Positions 20,483 to 33,091 of a stretch of 64,000 nucleotides of DNA are shown here, piece by piece. The notes under the pieces were generated by a model. That model did not search any database, was not told the DNA's origin, and saw only the letters and a program-made list of their open reading frames with translations. Each line of letters begins with the position of its first letter. Position 1 is the stretch's first letter. A program made the translations under genes and the position numbers. Origin of the DNA: Phormidesmis sp. (lineage in GTDB: Bacteria; Cyanobacteriota; Cyanobacteriia; Leptolyngbyales; Leptolyngbyaceae); the NCBI GenBank assembly GCA_965248535.1, contig CBDFJR010000002.1, positions 832,001 to 896,000 on the forward strand. The letters are read 5' to 3'.

Positions 20483-20786
20483 ACTCGACCTCATCTAAAA
20501 TATGGGAGCCAATGTAGGGGCTTAATGACTCGATAGTAATGAGATCGACTGCCCTGCCAAACAGATCTTCTAGAAAAAAAGATAGGTGTATAAAATTGTC
20601 GAAGGTTTTCTGATCTGGCTCAAAAGCAACCAAAATATCGACATCGCTGCGATCGTGAATCTCACTATCTCGCACAAACGAACCAAAAACACCGCAACGA
20701 CTCACCCCAAAACGGTGCAGATCCTGTTGATAGTCTTGAAGGAGAGACAGGACTTTAGCCTTCGTTTGTACAGGCATTATCGACAT
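20463..20786 (-). CDS. Minimal nucleotidyltransferase (MntA-type antitoxin)
   Basis: GVFGSFVR...SDVDILV, LEDLFGRAVDL. Confidence 0.9.
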   Translation of the reverse strand: MSIMPVQTKAKVLSLLQDYQQDLHRFGVSRCGVFGSFVRDSEIHDRSDVDILVAFEPDQKTFDNFIHLSFFLEDLFGRAVDLITIESLSPYIGSHILDEVEYVSVGA

Positions 20787-20863
20787 GGGCTAATTACCTA
20801 ATGCTGAGTCTATCACAGCCTCTCAGATAGCCTAAAGCAGTGTCTCGATCGAGACTTGAAGCC

Positions 20864-20948
20864 AGCCAACGGCTGAAGTGAGCGGCGGAAAAAAAACTAG
20901 AACGAAGCGCGAAAACTCTGTACCGTCTGATCCACTGCGTTGTTAGCC
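20864..20948 (-). mobile_element. Integron attC-like recombination site
   Basis: Minus strand GGCTAAC-N5-AGTG(G)ATC(A)GACGG...CCGCCGCTCACT-N6-GTTGGCT; R boxes, L stem with extrahelical bases, 85 bp, just 3' of a gene pair. Confidence 0.65.
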
Positions 20949-20984
20949 TGCTCTGCGTCACGTCAGGTTAGCATTTACAACTCA

Positions 20985-21344
20985 TCAATCAATTGTCACT
21001 AATCCGCCTTCTGTGAACTGAATGACAAGTTCTTGTTCATCTAGCAAAACAGTTCCAAGTAAGGGTCGCCTTCCTGTCGCAATGACTAGGACTTCTCGCT
21101 CTTCACCATCCCAAAGGACAACTGCCTCATGAACTGGCAGCAAGACTTCACTGTTGTCTGCCAAATTCGCAGGAGTGTCATGTCTGAAGGTCAAGCCCAT
21201 CAATGAAACCGCTTCTAGAGGAAGGCACAATTCCCCGGTGAAGCCTGTATCGATGACAAACTCGATCGGGATGCTTGAGCCATTCGACAACAAGAATGTC
21301 ATCACAACAGTTGCGTGTCTATCCGTCACAATCCCAGAAATCAC
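20985..21344 (-). CDS. Clan AA (retropepsin-like) aspartic protease
   Basis: FVIDTGFTGEL catalytic DTG, LADNS, PLLG. Confidence 0.9.
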   Translation of the reverse strand: MISGIVTDRHATVVMTFLLSNGSSIPIEFVIDTGFTGELCLPLEAVSLMGLTFRHDTPANLADNSEVLLPVHEAVVLWDGEEREVLVIATGRRPLLGTVLLDEQELVIQFTEGGLVTID

Positions 21345-21613
21345 TTATGAACCCGCTCCATGACACCACCAAATGAGACAGCAACGTTATACCCGATCCG
21401 AATACCAAAGAGTCGAGCGTTTGGGTGCTTCTTGCTGAGGTTACGTGATGCTTGCAGTCCAGTTTTATCGACTTCATAATCGCCTGTCTCAATGTCGATG
21501 ATGACCATCTTGCCAATGTTCGCTTCCGTCTCCACTTTTTGACGAATGCTGCCTTCGTACAATTGCCTTGCACGTCGCGCAACTTCTTCACGGCTTAGAA
21601 GGATTACCTGCAT
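21341..21613 (-). CDS. Small partner protein of clan AA protease (DUF5678-like)
   Basis: 4-nt overlap with the protease; GKMVIIDIETGDYEVD...IRIGY. Confidence 0.8.
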   Translation of the reverse strand: MQVILLSREEVARRARQLYEGSIRQKVETEANIGKMVIIDIETGDYEVDKTGLQASRNLSKKHPNARLFGIRIGYNVAVSFGGVMERVHK

Positions 21614-21817
21614 ATATTGACTCCCGATCGCTATGCTTCTCTGCGAACTCCTCCATGATAGCGTATGGGCAAATAGGATAAGCCCTGCCAGCGATACCTA
21701 CTCTGTCTTCTACACAAAAAGCATGTTGCAGGCATCGTCACCTCAAAGATTGAGTTCAACAACAAAACCCAACATCCATTTCAGTATGGCAATCCAAACA
21801 GAGGATTTGGGCCTATG

Positions 21818-23036
21818 TTAGAGGGGTTTTGTCCCTTCATAGACTCTGCCTTTCCAAGCGCCACCTTTGCCTTCCAGTGGCGACGGGCGGAGTCAAGAGT
21901 CATTAACGTGTAGAGAAACGCGATCGCGGGCCAACCCGTCAACCACATCGGGCAACTAAAAACGCACGATCGGGGCATACGCCAAGCTCATCAGCACATA
22001 GATCAAGACATTAACGTGTAGAGAAACGCGATCATCGGGCAACGATAAAAACGCACGATGGAACCGCGATCGTCCATTGTCCTGTGAACAATCCTAAAAT
22101 GGCTCCGATCGGGGGAAGCAGATAGATAAGACTCATTCCAAACATCGTTCCGATCAGCAATAGCGGCGAGTAATTTAGTTGAGTAAATGCCGTTCGCGCT
22201 ACCATTGTCCAAATCGTTTCTAAAGAGTCGTAGGGGCGTAGGCTGCGTGTTAACTCTGCCAATCCTAGCCAGATTCGTTTAGATCCGCTTGATTTGATCG
22301 CGTCTGCTAACGCGCAATCGTCAATTAATGCCTGACGAATTGCCTGAATGCCGCCAATCCGAGTCAGGGCCTCTCGCCGAATTAGACTACATCCACCTGC
22401 TGCGCCCGCGATCGTGTTCTCCGGATCATTCACCCAGCGAAACGGATAAAGCTTTTCAAAAAAGAAGACAAATGCGGGAATCAGCAGTTTTTCCCAGACG
22501 CTTTGACAGCGTAACCGCACCATTAACGAAACGAGTTCGCGATCGTCTTCAACGGCTTTAGCAATTAGTTGAGAAAGATTGGCGCGATCGTGTTCGATAT
22601 CCGCGTCCGTTAATAAAAAATAGTCGGGTTCTAGCGTCATCGCTTTTTGAATTCCTTGATCAAGGGCCCAAAGTTTTCCCGTCCATCCAACAGGCAACGG
22701 TGCCGCCGAGAGAATGTGTAGCTGATCAGCTTTACCTAAGGTCGCAGCCGTTTCTCTAGCAATCTCAGCCGTTCCGTCGGTGCTGTGGTCATCGACTAAA
22801 AAGAGATTAATCGCACCGAGATAATCTTGAGTGAGCAGCGATCGCAGCGTCACAGCCAACAGATCCGCTTCGTTGCGGGCGGGAATAATCACGCAGACAG
22901 ACGGAAGCTTAGAGTCAGCAGTCAGAGTTTTGGCAGGCAAACGCTGATCGGTGCGCCAAAATTGACCCCGAAAGCAGACTAAATAAATCCAAATCGCCAG
23001 GGAAAGGAGCGCCAGTCCTGCAAAAATCTCACTCAT
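21818..23036 (-). CDS. hpnB: Hopene-associated glycosyltransferase (GT2), 3' end frameshifted/scrambled
   Basis: IPARNEA, VDDHSTDGT, WTGKLWAL, LTDADI, LIDDCALA; C-terminal GGAWKGRVY recoverable only across frameshifts; divergent from shc. Confidence 0.85.
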
Positions 23037-23128
23037 TAGGGTTGTCGAAGGTTGGTTGCTAGCTTGCAAATTCCTGATTGTAGAACGCAAAATACAAAGA
23101 CTGTGGTTTTTTGAGTGAACGGGTCAGG

Positions 23129-25105
23129 ATGCAAGAACAAAATCGGGTGACAACTTCTCAACTGGATGCGGCGATCGCTGCCAGTCAAGATTATCTACTT
23201 TCCACTCAAAACCCTGATGGCTATTGGTGGGCAGAGCTTGAGTCTAATGTGACGATGACCGCAGAAGTCGTCTTGCTGCACAAGATTTGGGGCACCGACA
23301 AAACTCGCCCAATGGACAAAGCTGAGAAATTCTTACGATCGCAGCAGCGTGATCACGGCGGCTGGGAACTGTTCTACGGCGATGGTGGCGAACTGAGCGT
23401 CACCGTTGAAACTTACATGGCGCTCAAACTGCTGGGAGTGGCGATCGACGATCCGGCGATGATCAACGCGAGAACCTTTATTCTGGCGCGGGGCGGCGTG
23501 GCTAAAACTCGCGTGTTCACCAAGTTTCATCTGGCGTTGATTGGCTGTTATCCGTGGAGTGGGCTGCCGTCGATTCCGCCGGGGCTGATGTTGTTGCCGT
23601 CGTTGAAGCTGGAGATTCCCAACCCGTTTGGGTCTGAGCCGTTGTTCTCAGCTTCGACCTTTAGCATCTATGAGTTGTCTAGCTGGGCACGCGGCAGCAC
23701 CGTTCCGTTGATGATTGTGTTCGATCGCAAGCCCGTTTTTCTCGTCGATCGTCCGATCACCCTTAACGAACTCTATGCAGACGGGATGACAAACACTAGC
23801 TTTGATCTGCCGCGCAAATCAGACTGGACAGATTTATTTGTGGATTTAGATAAAGTCTTTAAACTGGCTGAAAACTGGAACCTGATGCCCTTCCGAGAAG
23901 CAGGACTCAACGCCGCAGAGCAATGGATTCTCGAACGGCAAGAAGCGTCTGGCGACTGGGGAGGAATCATTCCGGCTATGTTGAATTCTCTATTAGCGCT
24001 GCGTTGTTTAGATTATGATCCGGCTGATCCGATCGTTGAGCGAGGGTTGAAAGCTGTCGATCGCTTTTCCAATCAGACCGACGATCTATTTAGCATTCAG
24101 CCCTGTGTTTCACCTGTTTGGGACACGGCATTGGTGATGCGATCGCTGGTCGATTCTGGCATGGCTCCCAACCATCCGGCTCTCGTGCGCGGCGGCGAGT
24201 GGCTGCTCGACAAACAAATTCTAGACTATGGCGATTGGGCCGTCAAAAATCACCACGGCAAACCGGGGGCCTGGGCGTTTGAGTTTGAAAATCGCTTCTA
24301 TCCTGACGTGGATGATTCTGCGGTGGTGGTGATGGCGTTGGCGGCAGTGGAGCTGCCCAACGATCGGTTAAAAGATCGGGCGATCGCCCGCGCTGTTGAC
24401 TGGATCGTCACCATGCAGTGCAAACCCGGAGGCTGGGCCGCCTTTGATTTAGACAACGATCAAGATTGGCTCAATGCTCATCCCTATGGCGATCTCAAAG
24501 CCATGATCGATCCCAACACAGCCGATGTGACGGCGCGAGTGCTAGAGATGCTCGGACGGTTGTCTGGCTCTTCGATGGATGGGCATCGCCTCGATCGGGC
24601 CCTCACCTACTTAACGCGAGAACAAGAAATCGACGGCTCTTGGTTCGGACGGTGGGGCGTGAACTATATCTATGGCACCAGCGGCGTTTTGGCGGCTCTT
24701 TCGCTAATCGCTCCGGTCACCCAGCGATCGGGCATTGAGCGCGGGGCAACTTGGCTCGTTAAAGTTCAAAACCCCGATGGCGGCTGGGGTGAAACCTGTG
24801 CCAGCTATCAAGATTCTTCACTCAAAGGTCAAGGAACCAGCACAGCTTCTCAAACCGCTTGGGCCTTGATCGGGCTGCTTGCTGCCGGAGACGCGACCCG
24901 TCAGTTTGCGTGGGCTGCGATCGACCACGGCATCGCCTACCTGCTCACGACTCAACAAAAAGACGGCACCTGGAACGAAGACCACTTCACAGGCACAGGC
25001 TTTCCGGGTCACTTCTATTTGAAGTATCACCTTTATCAACAGCACTTTCCTCTCACTGCGCTGGGGCGATATCGAGCCGCACAGCAAAGTCGCCTAGAAT
25101 CTTAG
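23129..25105 (+). CDS. shc: Squalene-hopene cyclase
   Basis: YPDVDDSA DXDD motif, QW repeats, GTGFPGHFYLKY. Confidence 0.97.
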   Translation: MQEQNRVTTSQLDAAIAASQDYLLSTQNPDGYWWAELESNVTMTAEVVLLHKIWGTDKTRPMDKAEKFLRSQQRDHGGWELFYGDGGELSVTVETYMALKLLGVAIDDPAMINARTFILARGGVAKTRVFTKFHLALIGCYPWSGLPSIPPGLMLLPSLKLEIPNPFGSEPLFSASTFSIYELSSWARGSTVPLMIVFDRKPVFLVDRPITLNELYADGMTNTSFDLPRKSDWTDLFVDLDKVFKLAENWNLMPFREAGLNAAEQWILERQEASGDWGGIIPAMLNSLLALRCLDYDPADPIVERGLKAVDRFSNQTDDLFSIQPCVSPVWDTALVMRSLVDSGMAPNHPALVRGGEWLLDKQILDYGDWAVKNHHGKPGAWAFEFENRFYPDVDDSAVVVMALAAVELPNDRLKDRAIARAVDWIVTMQCKPGGWAAFDLDNDQDWLNAHPYGDLKAMIDPNTADVTARVLEMLGRLSGSSMDGHRLDRALTYLTREQEIDGSWFGRWGVNYIYGTSGVLAALSLIAPVTQRSGIERGATWLVKVQNPDGGWGETCASYQDSSLKGQGTSTASQTAWALIGLLAAGDATRQFAWAAIDHGIAYLLTTQQKDGTWNEDHFTGTGFPGHFYLKYHLYQQHFPLTALGRYRAAQQSRLES

Positions 25106-25606
25106 CCCGACTCCGCCTTGTAGGGATGCCGCCGCGCCACCCTGCTTATAGGCCCCAAACGAGATAATCGCATTGCCAAACAGCACCACATTGCTATTGG
25201 GCAGCGCATAGTCAATGCCGGGTTGAATGGCAAAACTCGTTTTGTTGCCCACCGGGGTGTCGCCCCCAAGCGGGATCGATGCCCCCGCGCCAATATAGAC
25301 ATCGGTCTGCCAATTGATGGGAATGTCGTAAGAAACCGTCGGCACGATCGCCACATGGCTGCCAATCAAAGCCTGCGCCCTGACCGAAATCGGAGCCGTC
25401 AAAAACTTATAGCGACCAGAAACCACCCCCGAAATCTGGCGATCGTCATTGGCTCCACGAGTCACGCCAAACGAAGGGCCAATGCCCACATAGCTACCAT
25501 AAGCGGCTTGAGCAGAAGCCGGAGCTTGAACGCCAAAGACAAGACTGATGGCCGCAGCGCTGACAGCGGCCCCGATCGGCAAAAACGCAGGATTCAATTG
25601 TTTCAT
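25094..25606 (-). CDS. Small outer-membrane beta-barrel-like protein
   Basis: Signal peptide, alternating beta strands, C-terminal GVGLRF. Confidence 0.7.
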   Translation of the reverse strand: MKQLNPAFLPIGAAVSAAAISLVFGVQAPASAQAAYGSYVGIGPSFGVTRGANDDRQISGVVSGRYKFLTAPISVRAQALIGSHVAIVPTVSYDIPINWQTDVYIGAGASIPLGGDTPVGNKTSFAIQPGIDYALPNSNVVLFGNAIISFGAYKQGGAAASLQGGVGLRF

Positions 25607-25832
25607 TAGACGACTCCTCAGTGACCAGACGGCAAAATGATGGCAAGCGATCCTTCAACTGTACGATCGTTGACTCGATCGAATCAATTCATCAATACCC
25701 AAAATCGCTATTTCATGATACTCAACAACGTGAGATGCAAGACATTTGCCCCCGATAAACCCTGAGAAACGGAGGCGCAGGGCGGTAGACTTTGGAGAGT
25801 GAATCAGTCTAACGTCTCTCGGTTGAAAAACT

Positions 25833-26750
25833 GTGCAGCTAAATCAAGTCATTATTATTCATAAGTCGGGTGACCCGCTCAGTCGGCGATGGGCAGAAAA
25901 CTGTGCCCAAGCGTTAGAAAAGCGCCACTGTCGAGTGCTGTTAGGGCCGAGCGGCCCCAGTGACAACCCCTATCCCGTGTTTTTGGCTTCGGTGCAGCAG
26001 CCGATCGACCTGGCGATCGTGCTCGGTGGCGATGGCACTGCCCTGACCGCCGCTCGAAATTTGGCAGCAGACAAAATCCCCATTCTCGCGGTCAACGTCG
26101 GGGGACACTTGGGGTTTCTCACCGAGTCGTCTGAAGATTTCAACACCGAAACCGTGTGGGATCGGCTGTTAGAAGACCGATTTGCCGTGCAGCGCCGCAT
26201 GATGCTGCAAGCCAGCATTCTTGAAGGCGGTCGATCTAATTTGGAGCCAGTCAGCGATCGCTATCTGGCGTTAAATGAAATGTGCATCAAACCCGCCTCT
26301 GCCGATCGCATGATCACTTCAATTTTAGAAATGGAAATCGATGGAGAAGTGGTCGATCAATATCAGGGTGACGGGTTAATTGTGGCGACTCCCACCGGGT
26401 CAACTTGCTACACCGTGGCAGCAAACGGCCCGATTATTCACCCCGGCATGGATGCGATCGCCGTGACTCCCATTTGTCCCTTAAGTTTGTCGAGTCGCCC
26501 GATTGTGTTGCCCTCTGGCTCGGTGGTGAGCATTTGGCCGCTGGTCGATCGCGACATCACAACCAAACTGTGGATGGATGGCGTGTTAGCAACGTCGATC
26601 TGGCCCGGTCAGCGCGTTGACATTCGCATGGCAGACTGTGATGCTCACTTCATTATTCTCAGAGACGATTATTCTTATTACCAAACGCTGAGAGAAAAGC
26701 TGCAATGGGCAGGCGCACGGATTCACTACAGCAATAATCACCGTAACTAA
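25833..26750 (+). CDS. nadK: NAD kinase
   Basis: GGDGT, GHLGFLT, LNE, GDGLIVATPTGSTCY. Confidence 0.95.
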   Translation: MQLNQVIIIHKSGDPLSRRWAENCAQALEKRHCRVLLGPSGPSDNPYPVFLASVQQPIDLAIVLGGDGTALTAARNLAADKIPILAVNVGGHLGFLTESSEDFNTETVWDRLLEDRFAVQRRMMLQASILEGGRSNLEPVSDRYLALNEMCIKPASADRMITSILEMEIDGEVVDQYQGDGLIVATPTGSTCYTVAANGPIIHPGMDAIAVTPICPLSLSSRPIVLPSGSVVSIWPLVDRDITTKLWMDGVLATSIWPGQRVDIRMADCDAHFIILRDDYSYYQTLREKLQWAGARIHYSNNHRN

Positions 26751-27083
26751 CCGACTGTAGATTTAGAGAACTCGAACCCGTCTATCCCGTCAGGGCAGAG
26801 CATTGCCGCATCGATTGTCTGTGCAAATCACCGATCGGGTTAGATCGCCGATCGCACCTCTTAACGACTAAAACCCCAAACCTGTCTGTGACCCGCTAGA
26901 CCATCTGGAAACTGAAATCAAAAAACTTTCATCATTCCATCAGGCATGATGCGTGAATCTACTAGAATGACTAACTGGGGAATCACTCGAAAGGATGAAC
27001 TACGAAAGATGAATCAGACGTTCTGCATTCCGAGTTCGTTGTTTCCTGGACTCCTCTCTGCCCCTATCATCCACTGAGTTTTT

Positions 27084-28664
27084 ATGCCCAAGGTTCTTGT
27101 TTCCGATCCCATTGATCAGGTAGGGATTGATATTTTGTCCCAAGTCGCTCAGGTTGATGTCAAAACTGACTTAACCCGTGAGCAACTGGTCGAAATTATC
27201 TCTGAGTATGACGCATTGATGATTCGCTCTGGAACTCGTGTCACTCAAGAAGTGATCGAGGCAGGAACTCAACTCAAAATTATCGGGCGCGCCGGAGTCG
27301 GAGTCGATAACGTAGATGTGACAGCCGCCACGCGCAAAGGCATTGTGGTCGTTAACTCGCCAGAAGGCAATACGATCGCCGCTGCCGAACACACGATCGC
27401 CATGATGATGGCCCTGTCGCGCTACATTCCCGATGCCAATCAATCGGTGAAAGGCAATAAGTGGGATCGCAAGAGCTTTACAGGCGTTGAGGTTTATAAA
27501 AAAACCCTGGGTGTCGTGGGCTTGGGCAAAATTGGGACTCACGTCGCTACCGTCGCCAAAGCCATGGGCATGAAGCTGCTGGCGTTTGACCCGTTTATTT
27601 CTCACGAACGCGCCGAGCAGATCGGCTGTCGGCTGGTGGAATTGGATGTGTTGTTCCAGCAGGCAGACTACATCACCCTACACATTCCTAAAACGGCAGA
27701 AACGACTCATTTAATCGGGGCAGCGGCGATCGCTAAGATGAAGCCCACCGCCCGGATCATTAACTGTGCGCGAGGCGGCATTATTGACGAAGCCGCTCTA
27801 GCAGAGGCGCTAAAAGCAGGCAAGATTGCCGGAGCCGCGATCGACGTGTTTGAATCTGAGCCATTGGGTGAGTCTGATCTGAGAGCCTTGGGCAAAGAAA
27901 TTGTCCTCACTCCCCACTTAGGAGCCTCCACCGAAGAAGCTCAGGCTAATGTCGCGATCGACGTTGCCGAACAAATTCGTGATGTGCTGTTGGGGTTGCC
28001 GGCCCGATCGGCGGTCAACATCCCTGGTTTGCGCCCCGATTTACTGGAGCAACTCAAGCCCTATCTGCAACTGGCAGAAACCCTCGGCAACTTAGTCGGG
28101 CAACTGGCTGGCGGCCGCATCGAATCTTTAAACATCGGGCTGCGCGGAGAATTAGCCACCAATCAAAGTCAACCGATCGTGGTTGCTGCGCTCAAAGGTC
28201 TGCTGTCTCATGCCCTGCAAGAGCGGGTGAACTATGTCAACGCCAGCATTGAGGCTAAAGAGCGCGGCATTCGGGTGATTGAGACCCGCGACCCATCGAT
28301 CAAAGACTACACTGGGTCTCTGCACCTGTCGGCAAAAGGGGCTTTGGGCGAACACTCTGTCACGGGGGCGCTGCTGGGCGATAACGAGATTCGGGTCACC
28401 AGCGTTGATGATTTTCCGGTCAACGTGCCGCCTAATCGTCATATGCTGTTCACCTTGCACCGCGACATGCCAGGGATCATCGGCAGAATTGGCTCTCTGC
28501 TGGGCAACTTTAATGTCAACATCGCCAGTATGCAAGTCGGTCGCAAAATTGTGCGGGGCGATGCGGTGATGGTGTTGAGCATTGATGACCCGCTTCCTGA
28601 AGACATCTTAAATGAGATCAAGAAAGTGCCAGGCATTCGAGACGCTTACACTGTCACGCTTTAG
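27084..28664 (+). CDS. serA: D-3-phosphoglycerate dehydrogenase
   Basis: [32 protein letters not shown]-terminal ACT domain. Confidence 0.98.
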   Translation: MPKVLVSDPIDQVGIDILSQVAQVDVKTDLTREQLVEIISEYDALMIRSGTRVTQEVIEAGTQLKIIGRAGVGVDNVDVTAATRKGIVVVNSPEGNTIAAAEHTIAMMMALSRYIPDANQSVKGNKWDRKSFTGVEVYKKTLGVVGLGKIGTHVATVAKAMGMKLLAFDPFISHERAEQIGCRLVELDVLFQQADYITLHIPKTAETTHLIGAAAIAKMKPTARIINCARGGIIDEAALAEALKAGKIAGAAIDVFESEPLGESDLRALGKEIVLTPHLGASTEEAQANVAIDVAEQIRDVLLGLPARSAVNIPGLRPDLLEQLKPYLQLAETLGNLVGQLAGGRIESLNIGLRGELATNQSQPIVVAALKGLLSHALQERVNYVNASIEAKERGIRVIETRDPSIKDYTGSLHLSAKGALGEHSVTGALLGDNEIRVTSVDDFPVNVPPNRHMLFTLHRDMPGIIGRIGSLLGNFNVNIASMQVGRKIVRGDAVMVLSIDDPLPEDILNEIKKVPGIRDAYTVTL

Positions 28665-28680
28665 GAAGGGTAGAGGGTGA

Positions 28681-28708
28681 TTCACCCTTCACCTTTCACC
28701 CTTCACCC
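28681..28708 (+). repeat. STRR-like heptamer repeat (TTCACCY x4)
   Basis: ttcaccc ttcacct ttcaccc ttcaccc, preceded by complementary gaagggtagagggtga. Confidence 0.75.
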
Positions 28709-28720
28709 CTGTTGAGAGAT

Positions 28721-29611
28721 ATGGCAAATAGTTGGTGGGAAATTCAAGTTCTGTGTGACACGGCTCTTGATGATGTGGTGTTTTGGCGGCTTGAAAAGTT
28801 TGGCTGTCGAGGCACCTCTAGTGAGATTAAGGGGTCTTCGTGTCGGGTGTCTGCCTATTTGCCTCAGCAGCAGGTTCAGCTATTAGATCTGTCTGCTCTC
28901 TCTCTGTTGATGCGGCAAGATGCGCTCTGCGTAGGGTTGCCGCTGCCGATCGTGCAGTGGAGCTTAATCGATGAAGAAGACTGGGCCAGTAGCTGGAAGG
29001 TGCACTGGAAACCGCAGAAAGTCGGCGATCGCTTCTTGATCAATCCCGCTTGGCTGCCTGAGCCGGAAGGGAGCGATCGCATCATTCTGCGGTTAGAACC
29101 CGGCGTTGCTTTTGGCACGGGCGATCACGCCACGACTCAGCTTTGTCTCGAAGCGCTAGAGATGCGGTTTAGCGACAATCCGCAAAACGCGGTGATCGCC
29201 GATGTGGGCTGCGGTTCGGGCATTTTGTCCGTCGGAGCCATTCTTCTAGGTGCGAGTAAAGTCTACGCCGTGGATACCGATCCGCTAGCGGTCAAAGCCA
29301 GCCGGGAGAATATCGAACTGAATCATATCAACCCTGAGCAAATGCTGGTAGCAGAGGGCAGCGTCAGCCAGTTAGAAAAGATGATTTCCGCCCCGATCGA
29401 CGGATTGGTGTGCAATATTTTGGCGGAAGTAATTATTGATTTGATTCCGCAGTGGACGGCGATCGTCAAACTCTCTACTTGGGGAATTTTGAGCGGCATT
29501 TTATTAGAACAAGCCAAACCCGTTGCCGACACCCTCGAAGAAAACGGCTGGATTGTGGCGGCGCTGTGGAAACGGGGCGATTGGTGCTGCTTGAATATTC
29601 GGCGATCGTAA
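28721..29611 (+). CDS. prmA: Ribosomal protein L11 methyltransferase
   Basis: [35 protein letters not shown]. Confidence 0.95.
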   Translation: MANSWWEIQVLCDTALDDVVFWRLEKFGCRGTSSEIKGSSCRVSAYLPQQQVQLLDLSALSLLMRQDALCVGLPLPIVQWSLIDEEDWASSWKVHWKPQKVGDRFLINPAWLPEPEGSDRIILRLEPGVAFGTGDHATTQLCLEALEMRFSDNPQNAVIADVGCGSGILSVGAILLGASKVYAVDTDPLAVKASRENIELNHINPEQMLVAEGSVSQLEKMISAPIDGLVCNILAEVIIDLIPQWTAIVKLSTWGILSGILLEQAKPVADTLEENGWIVAALWKRGDWCCLNIRRS

Positions 29612-29645
29612 CTCCCATTTGGTTGAGACGGCGGATTTAACAGGA

Positions 29646-29670
29646 GGGCACGGCATTGCCGTGCCCTTAC
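29646..29670. repeat. REP-like GC hairpin between convergent genes
   Basis: GGGCACGGCATTGCCGTGCCCTTAC. Confidence 0.75.
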
Positions 29671-29686
29671 GGTTCTCTACGGGGGA

Positions 29687-31655
<1,969 letters not shown>

Positions 31656-31771
31656 CGTGTTTCGTGGGTTTGGATGGTCTTAGAAAAACGATACTGGTTT
31701 CTGGGCGGCGATCGCCGAAAGGGAATCTTGAGTTTGATTACAATAAACCTAAATCAACCTGTGCCGTGGCT

Positions 31772-32335
31772 ATGAATGCAACCACTCTTGAATCAAAGTT
31801 GACCCTTGCGGCGTTTTTAGAGCAACCTGAAACAAAGCCCGCCTCGGAATTCACTCATGGAGAAATCACCCCAAAACCGATGCCTCAAGGAGAACACAGC
31901 CGCATCCAGTTTAAACTCTGCACAACCATTAATGAAGTCACTGAAGCTCCTAAGATTGCCTGTGCATTTCCTGAGTTGCGCTGCACGTTTGGCGGAGTCT
32001 CGATCGTGCCTGATATCTCTGTTTTCCGTTGGCAAACAATCCCGATTCAGCCGTCTGGACGGATTGCGAATCGCTTTGAGATTCAGCCAAATTGGGCGAT
32101 CGAAATTCTGTCTCCTAACCAAAACATAGCAAAAGTTCTCAGAAATCTGCTCCACTGTTCGCAGCACGGCACTGAGTTGGGTTGGCTAATCGCGCCCGAC
32201 GATGAAATGGTATTTGCAGTATTTCCGGGGCAGCGCGTTGAAGTGTTTGAAGGAACTGCCTCATTACCGATGATTGACGGGGTGGCTTTGGCGTTAACCG
32301 TTGAGCAGATTTTGAGTTGGTTGACGTTTGTCTAA
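31772..32335 (+). CDS. Uma2-family endonuclease
   Basis: PETKPASE, KPMPQGEH, PELRCTFGG, IEILSP. Confidence 0.9.
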   Translation: MNATTLESKLTLAAFLEQPETKPASEFTHGEITPKPMPQGEHSRIQFKLCTTINEVTEAPKIACAFPELRCTFGGVSIVPDISVFRWQTIPIQPSGRIANRFEIQPNWAIEILSPNQNIAKVLRNLLHCSQHGTELGWLIAPDDEMVFAVFPGQRVEVFEGTASLPMIDGVALALTVEQILSWLTFV

Positions 32336-32482
32336 GTGGCATCAATCAACAGCATTGAGACAACATTATGGGTAAATTCTAAACTGCTTCACCTGACTTG
32401 CAAAGCTGGAGTTATTGATCATGGCTGCCTGGGAAGCATAAGGGTGTCAAAATTTCATCTCTGATTTCAGAGTTTAGAACTG

Positions 32483-32896
32483 ATGCACAATATTGACCTT
32501 CCAAATGCAGTCGCGCATCCGCTCGCTAAGTATCGTAATCATCTAGAATTCACAGGCTACAAAATTGAAGACGAAAAAGAGGATTGGCTGTTCAGTCGGC
32601 ATCCCAGAAAAGCCGACCTTGCCCTTAAAAAGATTGGCGATCGTGGTGTTTTGGTCAGCACTCTTTTCAGGGTCAAAGAAAATCTTAAAAGAACAAGTCT
32701 TTTGGAGTTCACAAATGCCTTGAATGCTGATTTTCTGTTTATGAAAACCTATCTGACTGATGAAGGGTCGATGCGGCTTGAAACCTTTTTTGAAGGAGAT
32801 TATGACCGCACAAACTTCTCAATTCTTCTAGAAAATATCGATTTTGACATCAACCTATTCTTTGAACACGATCTGACTAGCACTTACGTTGAATAG
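32483..32896 (+). CDS. YbjN-like hypothetical protein
   Basis: LEFTNALN helix, acidic C-terminus and 137-aa length typical of the YbjN/T3SS-chaperone fold. Confidence 0.55.
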   Translation: MHNIDLPNAVAHPLAKYRNHLEFTGYKIEDEKEDWLFSRHPRKADLALKKIGDRGVLVSTLFRVKENLKRTSLLEFTNALNADFLFMKTYLTDEGSMRLETFFEGDYDRTNFSILLENIDFDINLFFEHDLTSTYVE

Positions 32897-32952
32897 GTTT
32901 AGGTTTGCTTGTTAATTTTGCAACCGTGCCTGCCCAGATTCGAGAACTCTTA

Positions 32953-33091
32953 GAGGGTGTTTGAAAAGTATCAAATCGTCAGGAGATCTCTCCTAGCCCC
33001 CTTAAAAAGGAGATCTAAAGCCCTCCTTTTTAAGGGACTTAGGGAGATCGAAGACCTATAACGTCAGAAGAAACCCGTCTCAAACACCCTC
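32953..33091. mobile_element. MITE (IS5/IS1031-like ends)
   Basis: 12-bp perfect TIR GAGGGTGTTTGA/TCAAACACCCTC, TTA duplication at 32950-32952 and 33092-33094, 139 bp, internal hairpin. Confidence 0.8.

Noticed and set aside
21765..21825. Second attC-like site (CCCAAC...GTTAGAG)
   Set aside because: R-like ends are present, but there is no convincing L stem at the right spacing and it overlaps the hpnB stop
26967..27077. 36-aa uORF before serA
   Set aside because: Its ATG overlaps the probable -10 box and it is not serine-rich
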